IMG/VR virus record: IMGVR_UViG_3300033076_000312
Span: 1 to 31,215 of that record
Length of the DNA: 31,215 nt
Source of the DNA: a virus
Lineage: Duplodnaviria > Caudoviricetes
Direction: 5' to 3' (one strand)
Shown in pieces: positions 14,788-24,004 of this stretch (the first letter of the stretch is position 1; every line of letters starts with the position of its first letter). A model generated the notes under the pieces. That model ran no database searches. It was not told where the DNA came from and saw nothing but the letters and a program-made list of their open reading frames with translations. A program made the translations under genes and the position numbers.

Positions 14788-15663
14788 ATGGCAGCTTACG
14801 GTAGCGGAAATTATGGGGCCGGGGCCTACCCGGCTGGCGCCCCTTCCGGCTACGGTAGCGGCCTTTATGGTCGTGGCAGTTATGGCGAAGACGCCATCTT
14901 TGGCGCAGCGGTTATTACCGCGGCTGGTGATGTCACTGCATCTGGTGATAGGATTAAGGACGCATCCGCCGCCATCGCTGCGGTAGGCGACGTAACTGCA
15001 TCCGCCGTCCGCTACGCCAATGCATCTGCGCTGATCCCTGCCACAAGCGATGTAGTTACATCCGCAGTCCGCATTCGCCTTGGCGATGTCGCAATTCCTG
15101 CGGTATCCGATCTTTCTGCGTCTGCTGTTCGCATTGCGCTTGGAGCGGTTGCGATTGACGCGCAAAGCGATGTTACTGCAACAGCGACACGCACTACGTT
15201 TGCTGCGGGCGAAATAAACGCGACATCTAGCGTTACTGCATCTGCGAATAAGGTAGCCGTATCTTCCGCGGATATTCCAGCGACTAGCACGTTTGTAGTT
15301 AACGCAGTACGATACGCGCAGACAAACGTAGAAATCATTGCCGCAAGCGCCGCAACAGCGTCCGGCGTTATGGTCAATTCGGCTGGCGCACTTCTGTCGA
15401 GTACGTCTGAGGTAGCAATCTCCGCCGGGATTAGGTTTACAGACAGCGCCGCAATAAGTATTACGTCTGTAGTTACTTGTAACGCGGTAAAGAAGTGGGA
15501 ACCAGAACCCATCACGCCGGAAACTTGGACGCCGCAAGGTGAGACAAGTGAGACGTGGACTCCGGTTCCAGTTGTTACCGAGACTTGGGATCAAGTTGCA
15601 ATTACTGACAAGACATGGTCTCCTATTTCTGATACAGCAGAAACATGGCAGCAAGCCGCGTGA
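14788..15663 (+). CDS. Repeat-built fibre-like virion protein
   Basis: N-terminal YG-x-G repeats, about 10 imperfect 20-aa Ala/Val/Ser repeats, and six Trp at 10-aa spacing at the C-terminus. Confidence 0.7.
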   Translation: MAAYGSGNYGAGAYPAGAPSGYGSGLYGRGSYGEDAIFGAAVITAAGDVTASGDRIKDASAAIAAVGDVTASAVRYANASALIPATSDVVTSAVRIRLGDVAIPAVSDLSASAVRIALGAVAIDAQSDVTATATRTTFAAGEINATSSVTASANKVAVSSADIPATSTFVVNAVRYAQTNVEIIAASAATASGVMVNSAGALLSSTSEVAISAGIRFTDSAAISITSVVTCNAVKKWEPEPITPETWTPQGETSETWTPVPVVTETWDQVAITDKTWSPISDTAETWQQAA

Positions 15664-15670
15664 GGATTAA

Positions 15671-16300
15671 ATGGCTGATACAACCACTACGAACCTTGGC
15701 CTAACCAAGCCCGAAGTAGGCGCTTCTGCCGATACCTGGGGTACCAAGCTCAACACCGACTTGGACCTCGTCGATGCGCTGTTCGCGGCTGCTGGTAGCG
15801 GTACGAGCGTTGGCCTCAACGTCGGTTCCGGCAAGACCCTTGCCGTAGCCGGCACGATGGCGCTCACCGGGAACATCACGGCTAACGGCGCCACGATCAG
15901 CCCGACCGAACTCGGCTATCTGGACAACGCATCGTCGAACCTCCAGACGCAGATCAACGCCAAGGCGAACACCGCATCGCCGACGTTCACTGGAACGGTT
16001 ACGCTTCCTGGTGTGACGGAGACGGCCTATAACCTGACCGGCACCGCGATCAGCGCCGCTAACGGCACGTTCCAGTACAAGACCATTGGCGCAAACACGA
16101 CCTTCACTGACAGCCTCTCGGCCGGTCAGGCTGTGATCCTGCGCCTTGCTAGTGCATCGAGCTACACAATCACCTGGCCGACGATTACGTGGGTTAAGTC
16201 GGGCGGCTCGGCTGCACCTACGCTCACTGCCAGCGATGTCGTTGTGCTGTGGAAGGATACGACCACCCTCTATGGCGCGTATGTGGGGAGCGGTGTCTAA
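15671..16300 (+). CDS. Tail fibre protein
   Basis: [32 protein letters not shown] anchor, [27 protein letters not shown] shaft and [16 protein letters not shown] tip. Confidence 0.75.
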   Translation: MADTTTTNLGLTKPEVGASADTWGTKLNTDLDLVDALFAAAGSGTSVGLNVGSGKTLAVAGTMALTGNITANGATISPTELGYLDNASSNLQTQINAKANTASPTFTGTVTLPGVTETAYNLTGTAISAANGTFQYKTIGANTTFTDSLSAGQAVILRLASASSYTITWPTITWVKSGGSAAPTLTASDVVVLWKDTTTLYGAYVGSGV

Positions 16301-18273
16301 TGCCGTCACCGGCTAAACTTCTAGCCAGCGCAAGCGGGGCTTCTGTTGACCCCAACTTCCGCAATGTCACCTTGTTGCTGCATGGCGATGGCAGCAACGG
16401 GGCGCAGAACAACACGTTCATCGACAGCAGCACCAATAACTTCACGATCACGCGGAACGGTAACACCACGCAAGGGTCGTTCTCGCCCTACGGTTCGCGG
16501 TGGTCAAACTATTTTGACGGGAGTGGGGACTACCTGACGATCTCGTCGGGCGCTGCGTTTGGCTATGCAACGGGCGACTTCACGATTGAGTTCTGGATAT
16601 ACCTTACCGGCACTCAAGATCAGACCATCATCAGCAATCTGACCAGCGCGTCTAGCACCAACCCGCACATCTACTATTCAGCCGGGACTATCCGGTACTA
16701 CACGGCGTCCGCGGATCGTATCACGAGCGGCTCCATCTCCCTGAACCAGTGGTACCATGTGGCGCTCACACGCGCCTCTGGCTCGACCAAGATGTTTGTG
16801 AACGGCGTTCAGGCCGGGTCAACCTATGCGGACAGCAACAACTACGGGACAACTGCGCCGCTTGGCATCGCCACCTATTGGAGTGGCGGCTCGCCCGTAA
16901 CCACGAACACTTTTACCGGCTACATGAGCAACGTGCGTATCGTCAAAGGTACGGCGGTATACACTGCTGCGTTCACGCCGCCCGCCGCGCCGCTGACCGC
17001 TATCAGCGGAACCTCGTTGCTGACTTGTCAGAGCAACCGCATCCTCGACGCCAGCACGAACAACTTTGCTATTACGCGTAATGGCGATGTCGCGGTTTCG
17101 CCGTTCTCGCCCTACGCGCCGACCGCTCCGTACAGTGCGGCGACGAATGGCGGGTCGGTATTATTTGACGGCAGTAGCGATTACCTCGTAGTCGCTTCGA
17201 ATTCTGCATTTGCTCTCGGAAGCGGCGATTTCACTCTTGAATGTTGGGTATATAACAGGATTGTTTCCGACTATATCGGATATTTGGGTGTCTGGGGCGG
17301 TACCGGTGGTAGCTACATACTTTACCGGGAAGCGACAGCGTGGAAATTTTACTACAGCGGCCCCACTGGCAGCCCGCTGTCTCCCTCCATCCCCGCAGTA
17401 GCTAATACCTGGACACATTTGGCGGTTGTCCGCAATGGCTCTACATTAACTTTCTATATTGACGGGGTGGTGGGCGCCAGCGCCAACATCGGCACAACAG
17501 CCTTTTCGTCATCAACTAGCGACTTCTATATTGGGGCTAACCAAGCCAACCCAAGTAGTGGTCTTAACGGCTATATGGCTGGCGCTCGTCTTGTCAAAGG
17601 CTCGGCCGTCTATACTGCTGCATTTACCCCGCCCACCGCACCGCCTACGGCGATAAGCGGAACGTCATTTTTGCTTCAGGGAACAAACGCCGGTATCGTT
17701 GATAGCAGCGCCGACAATGACCTGGAGACGGTAGGCAACGCCCAGATCAGCACTTCGGTCAAGAAGTTTGGTACGGGGTCAATGTCGTTCAACGGATCGA
17801 CCGACTGGCTAGTAACCCCAAATAAGCCCGAACATAACTTCGGGACTGGCGATTTTACGATTGAAGCCTGGGCGTATCCGACTGGAACAAATTCGCAGGC
17901 GACGATTATTTCTAACTATAATGGCCCGTCTAGTGGATGGGGCCTTTTGCTTGGGTCTACAGGCCCGACATTTGGATGGGGCGATACTAATCTTTTGGCC
18001 GGGTCTTCTGCGTTAACTCAAAACGCATGGAACCACGTCGCTATCACGCGGTCGGGAACTTCCTTGCGTATGTTCCTTAACGGAACGCAGATCGCCAGCG
18101 CAACTAATAGCACTGATTTTACAAGCACTGGCGCCCTTTTCATCGGACGACTTCGTGAAGCTACTGCTGGATTTTATTGGCAGGGTTATTTAGATGATGT
18201 TCGTCTAACTAAGGGCGTTGCCCGCTATACTGCTAACTTCACGCCGCCTACCGCGGCATTCCCCGACCAGTGA
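16300..18273 (+). CDS. Triple LamG (concanavalin A-like lectin) domain protein; candidate receptor-binding or adhesion protein
   Basis: Three repeats of FDGxxDYL...GDFT(I/L)ExW...WxH(V/L)A..R.G...(F/Y).(N/D)G...GY...R..KG.A.YTA.FTPP. ATG at 16300 (TAATG). Confidence 0.88.
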   Translation: MPSPAKLLASASGASVDPNFRNVTLLLHGDGSNGAQNNTFIDSSTNNFTITRNGNTTQGSFSPYGSRWSNYFDGSGDYLTISSGAAFGYATGDFTIEFWIYLTGTQDQTIISNLTSASSTNPHIYYSAGTIRYYTASADRITSGSISLNQWYHVALTRASGSTKMFVNGVQAGSTYADSNNYGTTAPLGIATYWSGGSPVTTNTFTGYMSNVRIVKGTAVYTAAFTPPAAPLTAISGTSLLTCQSNRILDASTNNFAITRNGDVAVSPFSPYAPTAPYSAATNGGSVLFDGSSDYLVVASNSAFALGSGDFTLECWVYNRIVSDYIGYLGVWGGTGGSYILYREATAWKFYYSGPTGSPLSPSIPAVANTWTHLAVVRNGSTLTFYIDGVVGASANIGTTAFSSSTSDFYIGANQANPSSGLNGYMAGARLVKGSAVYTAAFTPPTAPPTAISGTSFLLQGTNAGIVDSSADNDLETVGNAQISTSVKKFGTGSMSFNGSTDWLVTPNKPEHNFGTGDFTIEAWAYPTGTNSQATIISNYNGPSSGWGLLLGSTGPTFGWGDTNLLAGSSALTQNAWNHVAITRSGTSLRMFLNGTQIASATNSTDFTSTGALFIGRLREATAGFYWQGYLDDVRLTKGVARYTANFTPPTAAFPDQ

Positions 18274-18284
18274 GGTAACACACA

Positions 18285-18734
18285 ATGATTGTCGCCATCG
18301 TCAAGAATGACACTATCGAGCAGACCGGCGAACTGTCGGTGCTGTTCCCTAACGTCTCGTTCCCTTCGGGTAGCCCCACTTCGGAATGGATGGCCGAGAA
18401 CAACCTGGTTCCCGTCACCTACTTCAAGGCGTATGACGCTGCGACGCAGAAGCTCGTGAGCGTTGACCCTTACCTTGAAGGCGGCGAAGTCTTTGCTGTA
18501 GCAGTCGAACCACTTACCCCGGAAGAGATCGCTGCTCGCAACGCCAGCATCGAAGCCGCGAATAAGGTTACTCGCAATGCCAAGCTGCGCGATACCGATT
18601 GGACGCAGCTTGCCGACGTAACCCTCACGGCCGAATGCAAGGGTGAGTTCATGGCTTATCGCCACACTCTGCGCACGATGGATATGCTTAATCCTGAGTG
18701 GCCGGTTGAACCCAAAGAAGTTTGGGATGCCTGA
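18285..18734 (+). CDS. Tail fibre assembly chaperone
   Basis: C-terminal RNAKLRDTDWTQLADV...YRHTLR...WPVEP motif. Confidence 0.8.
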   Translation: MIVAIVKNDTIEQTGELSVLFPNVSFPSGSPTSEWMAENNLVPVTYFKAYDAATQKLVSVDPYLEGGEVFAVAVEPLTPEEIAARNASIEAANKVTRNAKLRDTDWTQLADVTLTAECKGEFMAYRHTLRTMDMLNPEWPVEPKEVWDA

Positions 18735-18736
18735 CG

Positions 18737-18955
18737 ATGGAAATGACTTTCGGCATTGATACGCTGATGACCATCATCGCGGGCCTCTTCGGCTTCGCGA
18801 CCATCTGGACGCAACTTAACAATCGTCTCGCTATTCTGGAGACGAAGCACGACTTCGCCGATGAACGCTTCGCTTCTATCGATAAGAAGTTTGACGAAGT
18901 CGTAACCCATCTTCGCCGGATCGAAGATAAATTGGACAACAAGGCAGACCGCTAA
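18737..18955 (+). CDS. Small membrane protein with coiled coil (lysis-associated, holin/antiholin-like)
   Basis: One TM segment (TLMTIIAGLFGFATIW) then a heptad-like tail ending IEDKLD; directly upstream of the endolysin. Confidence 0.6.
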   Translation: MEMTFGIDTLMTIIAGLFGFATIWTQLNNRLAILETKHDFADERFASIDKKFDEVVTHLRRIEDKLDNKADR

Positions 18956-19347
18956 TGGCGTTCAAGCTCGGCCCTCGGTCTCTGCTCAACTTGCGCGGCG
19001 TGCATCCCGACCTGGTGCGCGTTGTCAAGCGCGCTATCGGGATCAGCACGATTGACTTCACCGTCATCGAGGGCCTGCGCTCTCTTGCACGCCAGAAGGA
19101 ACTACTGGCTAAGGGTGCGACAAAGACGCTGCGCTCGCGTCACCTGAATGGGTTTGCGGTAGACATCGCGCCGTATGTCGGTGGCAGCATCCGCTGGGAT
19201 TGGCCGTTGTTCGATCAGATCGAGAACGCCATGAAGGAAGCAGCCCGACTCGAAAACGTCAAGATTGAATGGGGCGGGGACTGGATTACGTTCAAGGACG
19301 GTCCGCACTGGCAGCTTCCGGTTGCTCAGTATCCCGATCCAAAATGA
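18955..19347 (+). CDS. Endolysin, peptidase M15 family (L-Ala-D-Glu peptidase-like)
   Basis: GVHPDLVRVV, EGLRS..RQ, SRHLNGFAVD (Zn ligands H and D), WGGDW..FKDGPHWQL. Confidence 0.92.
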   Translation: MAFKLGPRSLLNLRGVHPDLVRVVKRAIGISTIDFTVIEGLRSLARQKELLAKGATKTLRSRHLNGFAVDIAPYVGGSIRWDWPLFDQIENAMKEAARLENVKIEWGGDWITFKDGPHWQLPVAQYPDPK

Positions 19348-19592
19348 CTTTCGCCGATCTAGAGAAGGCGTGTCTTGAACGTATCCGGGTTTGGTGGCGT
19401 CCGGTCTCGTGTATTGGCATTGCAGGCGGGGTTGTCATACACGGCATAGTCTTGCCGATATGGCGCAAAGAAAGCCTCGATTTAATGGGATGGGCCGCTG
19501 TAATTACTGCTTGCTCTACTGTGTTTGCTGTGCGAACATGGGAGAAACTAAAGCAGGATGATAGCGATGGAAACGTGGGTACAGGTGATTGA
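19344..19592 (+). CDS. Putative holin (resembles the GTA 3TM-holin family)
   Basis: WRP followed by two hydrophobic segments and an RTWEKLK motif; ATGA-coupled to the endolysin. Confidence 0.7.
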   Translation: MTFADLEKACLERIRVWWRPVSCIGIAGGVVIHGIVLPIWRKESLDLMGWAAVITACSTVFAVRTWEKLKQDDSDGNVGTGD

Positions 19593-20067
19593 TTTCCCAG
19601 AATACGAGGTATCCGACCTAGGTCGTGTACGTAGGGTTGCATCGGCCCGAGGTGCAGTCTCCGGGTGTGTGCTTCGCCCATACCAAAGTAATGGGTACTT
19701 AAAGGTAACCCTCACCGCAAACGGTAGGAGGCGGAAAGCAGCCGTACACCGTTTGGTTTTAGAGAGTTTCTCGGGCAAGCCCGTTCCCGGTCTGGAATGC
19801 TGTCACGGCAATGGCGTGAGAAGTGATAACCGATTAGAAAATCTGAGATGGGCGAGCCGATCAGAGAATATGCAAGACGCCAAGAAACACGGAACAGCGG
19901 CTATTGGCGAAAGAAATGGACATGCAGTTTTACGTGCGGAAGATGTCGTAGAGATACGAAAACTAAGGGCATGTGGGGAGAAAGTAAAAGTTCTATCTGA
20001 GAAGTTTAACGTTCGCCATCAGACTATATCCGATATATGTACCCGCCGTAATTGGAAGCACATCTAA
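19567..20067 (+). CDS. NUMOD4-HNH homing endonuclease
   Basis: ETWVQV..FPEYEVSDLGRVR (NUMOD4), VHRLVLESF...CCHGNGVRSDNRLENLRW..SEN (HNH) and a C-terminal HTH. Start is 19558 or 19567. Confidence 0.9.
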   Translation: METWVQVIDFPEYEVSDLGRVRRVASARGAVSGCVLRPYQSNGYLKVTLTANGRRRKAAVHRLVLESFSGKPVPGLECCHGNGVRSDNRLENLRWASRSENMQDAKKHGTAAIGERNGHAVLRAEDVVEIRKLRACGEKVKVLSEKFNVRHQTISDICTRRNWKHI

Positions 20068-20068
20068 G

Positions 20069-20428
20069 ATGCTATTAGTCAAACCCTTCCTTCCGTACAT
20101 TATCGGCACTGCGCTGGTTATCGCGGCATTCAGTGGATGGAAAGTTCGCGACTGGCAATGCGATGCCGCCTATGCCGCTGCCCTGGAAAAAGCGCAGCAA
20201 CAGCGCGACGAAATGCAGGAGAAACTCGATGGAATTTCTGCGTCTTATGAAGCCGAACGCGATCAGGCCAATGTGGTGGTCGGAAGAACGACACGGGAAA
20301 TACGTGAGATTTATAAAACGGCTCCCGCTGTTCCTGTGTCTTGTGCTGTTGATCCTCGTGTTGTCGGGATGCTCGAAAGCAGTATCGATAGTGCCAATGC
20401 CGCAGCCGCCGGCAAATCTGGCAAGTAA
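20069..20428 (+). CDS. Rz: Inner-membrane spanin (Rz-like)
   Basis: N-terminal TM helix, periplasmic coiled coil with Cys; overlapped by a lipoprotein gene. Confidence 0.8.
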   Translation: MLLVKPFLPYIIGTALVIAAFSGWKVRDWQCDAAYAAALEKAQQQRDEMQEKLDGISASYEAERDQANVVVGRTTREIREIYKTAPAVPVSCAVDPRVVGMLESSIDSANAAAAGKSGK

Positions 20429-20582
20429 CTGCGCGCCACTATCGCCCGCACCGCAGCCGCTTGTTGACCCAGAGCGAGTAATCTGGGAAGTAGATACAGT
20501 CGCCAAGTATGGCGATTGCGCCATGAAGCATCGCCTGACAGTTGAGGCATGGCAAGAGGCTGTAAAAAAGTCTAAGAAGTGA
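20304..20582 (+). CDS. Rz1: Outer-membrane spanin lipoprotein (Rz1-like)
   Basis: GTG start, RFIKR plus hydrophobic signal, lipobox LSG-C, Pro-rich PQPPANLASNC...YGDC; overlaps the Rz 3' end in the +1 frame. Confidence 0.82.
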   Translation: MRFIKRLPLFLCLVLLILVLSGCSKAVSIVPMPQPPANLASNCAPLSPAPQPLVDPERVIWEVDTVAKYGDCAMKHRLTVEAWQEAVKKSKK

Positions 20583-20617
20583 TATAAGACCCTAGACTTT
20601 TAGGCACGGATATTAAC

Positions 20618-22099
20618 ATGGCGCTCATTCCGATTAACATTCCACCGGGAGTTTATCGCAACGGTACTGAGCTTCAGTCCGCGGGCCGGTGGTACGATGT
20701 CAATCTTGTGCGCTGGACCGAAGGCGCCATGCAGCCGGTTGGCGGATGGGAACGCCGAGGGACGGGTACTGTCACGGGTAAGTGCCGCGGCCTCCTGACA
20801 TGGAAGACCAATAGCGGTGTGCGCTACGCCGCGCTTGGTACGTCGTCTAAGCTCTATGCCATGACGCAGTCTAGCGCGCTTGTGGACATCACGCCGGTTG
20901 GTTTCACTGCTGGATCGGATGATGCTTCGACTGGTGCGGGCTATGGTATCAGCACTTACGGCACGGGATACTTTGGAACGCCACGTCCTGACAGCGGAAC
21001 GGTAACGCCGGCTACGACGTGGAGCTTCGACACTTGGGGCGAATATCTCGTCGGTTGCTCGACCTCAGACGGTAAACTTTATGAGTGGCAACTTGACTCC
21101 GCAACGCCGACTAAGGCCGCGGTAATCACGAACGCGCCGACTAGCTGCCAGGGGCTGCTTGTCACAGCCGAGCGTTCGCTGTTGGCGCTGGCAGCGTCGG
21201 GCGATGCGCGTAAGGTCGCTTGGTCTGATCTTGAGGACAACACTGTCTGGACGCCGAGCAGCACCAACAACGCTGGCAGTGTCATTCTTCAGACTACGGG
21301 TAAGATCGTCTGCGCCAAGCGCGTTCGTGGTCAGAACCTGATTCTGACTGACATCGACGCGCATACTCTGACTTATGTTGGTCAGCCATTTGTCTATCAA
21401 GCCGAGATTGCCGGCCGTGCCTGTGGTGTCGTATCGGCGAACGCCGTATCGGTGCTGGACAATATGGCCGTGTGGATGGGGATCAAGGGCTTCCATATCT
21501 TCGACGGTTACGTCAAGCCGCTGTCCTGCGAAGTCTACGACTACGTCTTCAACAACCTCAACGTCAACCAAATCTCTAAGGTCTACGCCGTTAACAACGC
21601 GCAGTACAATGAGGTGTGGTGGTTCTACCCCTCGGCCAACTCGAACGAGAATGACAGTTACGTCGTGTGGGATTATCTGGAGAACCATTGGTCTATCGGA
21701 ACTCTGGCCCGCACGGCCGGGACTGACCGAAGTGTATTCCGTAACCCGATTATGGTCGGGGCGAACGGGTACATCTACGATCATGAAGTTGGACTTAATT
21801 ACGATAGCGCGTTGCCTTACGCCGAGAGTGGTCCATTCCAGATCGGCAACGGCGACAACGTTCTGTACATTAACGAACTGATCCCGGATGAGCGCAACCA
21901 AGGCAGCGTCACGGCTACGTTCAAAACGCGCTACTACCCGACCAGTACTGAGAGCACGTTCGGACCGTATAGCCTGACACAGCCGACATCGGTTCGCTTC
22001 AACGGGCGTCAGATCAAGATGCGCGTTACGACGACTACGCCGTCCGATTGGCGCGTAGGCGTGCAGCGGCTCAACGGTATAGCGGGTGGCCGTCGATGA
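20618..22099 (+). CDS. Tail hub / packaged-DNA stabilisation protein (P22 gp10-like beta-propeller)
   Basis: 493 aa, beta-rich and Trp-rich; VAWSDLEDNTVWTP, EVWWFYPS motifs; position before needle and ejection genes. Confidence 0.72.
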   Translation: MALIPINIPPGVYRNGTELQSAGRWYDVNLVRWTEGAMQPVGGWERRGTGTVTGKCRGLLTWKTNSGVRYAALGTSSKLYAMTQSSALVDITPVGFTAGSDDASTGAGYGISTYGTGYFGTPRPDSGTVTPATTWSFDTWGEYLVGCSTSDGKLYEWQLDSATPTKAAVITNAPTSCQGLLVTAERSLLALAASGDARKVAWSDLEDNTVWTPSSTNNAGSVILQTTGKIVCAKRVRGQNLILTDIDAHTLTYVGQPFVYQAEIAGRACGVVSANAVSVLDNMAVWMGIKGFHIFDGYVKPLSCEVYDYVFNNLNVNQISKVYAVNNAQYNEVWWFYPSANSNENDSYVVWDYLENHWSIGTLARTAGTDRSVFRNPIMVGANGYIYDHEVGLNYDSALPYAESGPFQIGNGDNVLYINELIPDERNQGSVTATFKTRYYPTSTESTFGPYSLTQPTSVRFNGRQIKMRVTTTTPSDWRVGVQRLNGIAGGRR

Positions 22100-22746
22100 G
22101 CCTTAAGCTCCCACCCCCACCGCGTGAATACGATGCCGGGTATGAGTCTCAGCGCAACCGGCTGATCGAACTTTACTCGAATAATCTGTACGAGAAGGGC
22201 CAGGACGTAGGCGTCTACTTCCCAGCCAAACTGATCGTGCCTAGCGTCGATTCTCTCGAAGGCGCCATCGTTAATAAGTACGGCGTATTCTCTGATACTA
22301 CGACGCAGACCGCAGCCGCAGCTTACACGCCGCAAGCGATCACATTCAATACGACGGACGCGTCCGATGGGTTCTCTCGCGGTACGCCGACATCACGGAT
22401 CATCGCCAGCCGCAAGGGTCACTACAACTTCCAGTTCTCGTTGCAGCTATCTAGCGGTAGCTCTAGCAATAAGAAGATTTGGATATGGCCGCGACTGAAC
22501 GGCGCAGATGTAGCCAACTCCGCCAGCGAAATCAGTCTTAGCGGATCAGGTACGATGCTGATTCCGTCGTGGAACTGGGTGCTATATCTTGCAGAGAACG
22601 ACTATTTCCAACTCATGTTCGCGGTGGAAGACACGAACATCCAGATAACCGCAGCTGCTGCGCAGACTGGCGCAAATGGAACGGCCACTTTTGCTCGCCC
22701 AGCCGTGCCGTCAGCGATCCTGACTGTGACAGAAGCCCAGCCGTAA
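22096..22746 (+). CDS. Putative tail needle/spike with a C1q/TNF-like beta domain
   Basis: Short N-terminal helix then ITFNTTD...GHYNFQFSLQL...IWIWPRLNG...LAENDYFQL. Confidence 0.55.
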   Translation: MSLKLPPPPREYDAGYESQRNRLIELYSNNLYEKGQDVGVYFPAKLIVPSVDSLEGAIVNKYGVFSDTTTQTAAAAYTPQAITFNTTDASDGFSRGTPTSRIIASRKGHYNFQFSLQLSSGSSSNKKIWIWPRLNGADVANSASEISLSGSGTMLIPSWNWVLYLAENDYFQLMFAVEDTNIQITAAAAQTGANGTATFARPAVPSAILTVTEAQP

Positions 22747-23111
22747 TGGACCTCCGCGCCGAGTTTGAACGTTGCAAGGGTTGGCTCGAAGACGCACTAC
22801 TATACGCCAATGGCACACACGACATCGACGATGTATGGCAGGGCGTAGAAGAAGGTCGGTTCCTATTCTGGCCGGGTAAGAACAGCGCCGTTATTACCGA
22901 GATATATGTTTACCCAAAGAAGAAAGTGTTCCATATCTTTCTGGCGGGGGGCAACCTTGAAGAACTACTTGAGATGTGGGATTCAATCGAAATCTATGCT
23001 AAAGTAGTAGGGTGTTCATCCTTATCAGTTTCTGGTAGGAAGGGCTGGGTAAGAGTTTTAGAAAGCCGCGGCGCAAAACATTTATGCACGACGGTAGCCA
23101 AAGAATTGTGA
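22746..23111 (+). CDS. GNAT-like fold protein preceding the ejection genes (121 aa)
   Basis: SAVITEI..YP.KKVFHIFLAGGNLEEL...AKVVGCSSLSVSGRKGWVRVL. Confidence 0.65.
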   Translation: MDLRAEFERCKGWLEDALLYANGTHDIDDVWQGVEEGRFLFWPGKNSAVITEIYVYPKKKVFHIFLAGGNLEELLEMWDSIEIYAKVVGCSSLSVSGRKGWVRVLESRGAKHLCTTVAKEL

Positions 23112-23128
23112 CCAAGGAACTGTAAACG

Positions 23129-23995
23129 ATGTCTAAGGGTGGCCAGACTGCTACGACAACCCAGCAGAATACGCTGGACCCGTTCATCAAGGAAGCACTG
23201 TCGCGCAACATCAACGCCGCGACCCAGGTAGCTTCTCTGCCGTACCAGCCGTACAGCGGCCCTCGCGTTGCAGGCTTCCGCCCCGCCGAACAGCAGGCAT
23301 TCGACATCACGCAGCAGGCGGTGACTAACCGCGTAGGCGCACCGGAACTGGCTCAGGCTACTCAGGTGGCGCAACAGGCCGCGATGTTTAACCCGCAGCA
23401 GTTCCAGCAGAACGTGCAGGGTTTCATGAACCCGTATCAGTCACAGGTGGTTGACGCTACGATGGCTCGTCTGGCTCAGGCCCGCGCCGAGCGTGACGCT
23501 GCGACCAAGGCGCAGTTGGCCGCTTCCCGTGCATTCGGCAACGAACGTCGCGGAGTTTACGAAGCCCAGCTTGCGGGCGAGCAGGAACGTAACACCGCCG
23601 AGACGTTGGCAAATCTGTACAGCCAGGGCTATGGGCAGGCCGCTCAGATGGCGCAGGCTCTTCCGGGTCAGCAGCTTGCCGGCGCGTCGGCACTTGCAGG
23701 CTACGGCAGTCAGGCGCTTCAGCAGGAACAGGCTCGTGCGGGTATGCTTCAGGCTATCGGCCAGCAGCAGCGCCAGATGGCGCAGACCAATCTCGACACC
23801 GCCTACCAGGATTTCCTCGCCCAGCGCGGCTATCCGGTCGAGCAGCTTCGCATTCTTCAGTCGGGCCTCACCGGTCTGCCGAACGTGCAGTCGGCCACGA
23901 CCACTTCGACTACTCCGGGTCAGGGCTTCCTCGGTACGGCCGGCGATGTCGCTGGTGTTCTTGGTGGGTTGAAGTCGCTCGGCATCTTCAAATAA
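23129..23995 (+). CDS. DNA ejection (internal virion) protein 1
   Basis: MSKGG start, Q/A-rich helical body, FMNPYQSQVVD, Gly-rich hydrophobic C-terminus. Confidence 0.72.
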   Translation: MSKGGQTATTTQQNTLDPFIKEALSRNINAATQVASLPYQPYSGPRVAGFRPAEQQAFDITQQAVTNRVGAPELAQATQVAQQAAMFNPQQFQQNVQGFMNPYQSQVVDATMARLAQARAERDAATKAQLAASRAFGNERRGVYEAQLAGEQERNTAETLANLYSQGYGQAAQMAQALPGQQLAGASALAGYGSQALQQEQARAGMLQAIGQQQRQMAQTNLDTAYQDFLAQRGYPVEQLRILQSGLTGLPNVQSATTTSTTPGQGFLGTAGDVAGVLGGLKSLGIFK

Positions 23996-24004
23996 GGACG
24001 GCCT

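Noticed and set aside
16300-18273. Diversity-generating retroelement acting on the LamG protein
   Set aside because: No reverse transcriptase in the window and the repeats differ at all base types, not only adenines.
7219-22335. Long antisense ORFs (7219-8406, 8734-9594, 12468-13394, 14317-15654, 21065-21901)
   Set aside because: Shadow frames of GC-biased, well-supported + strand genes.
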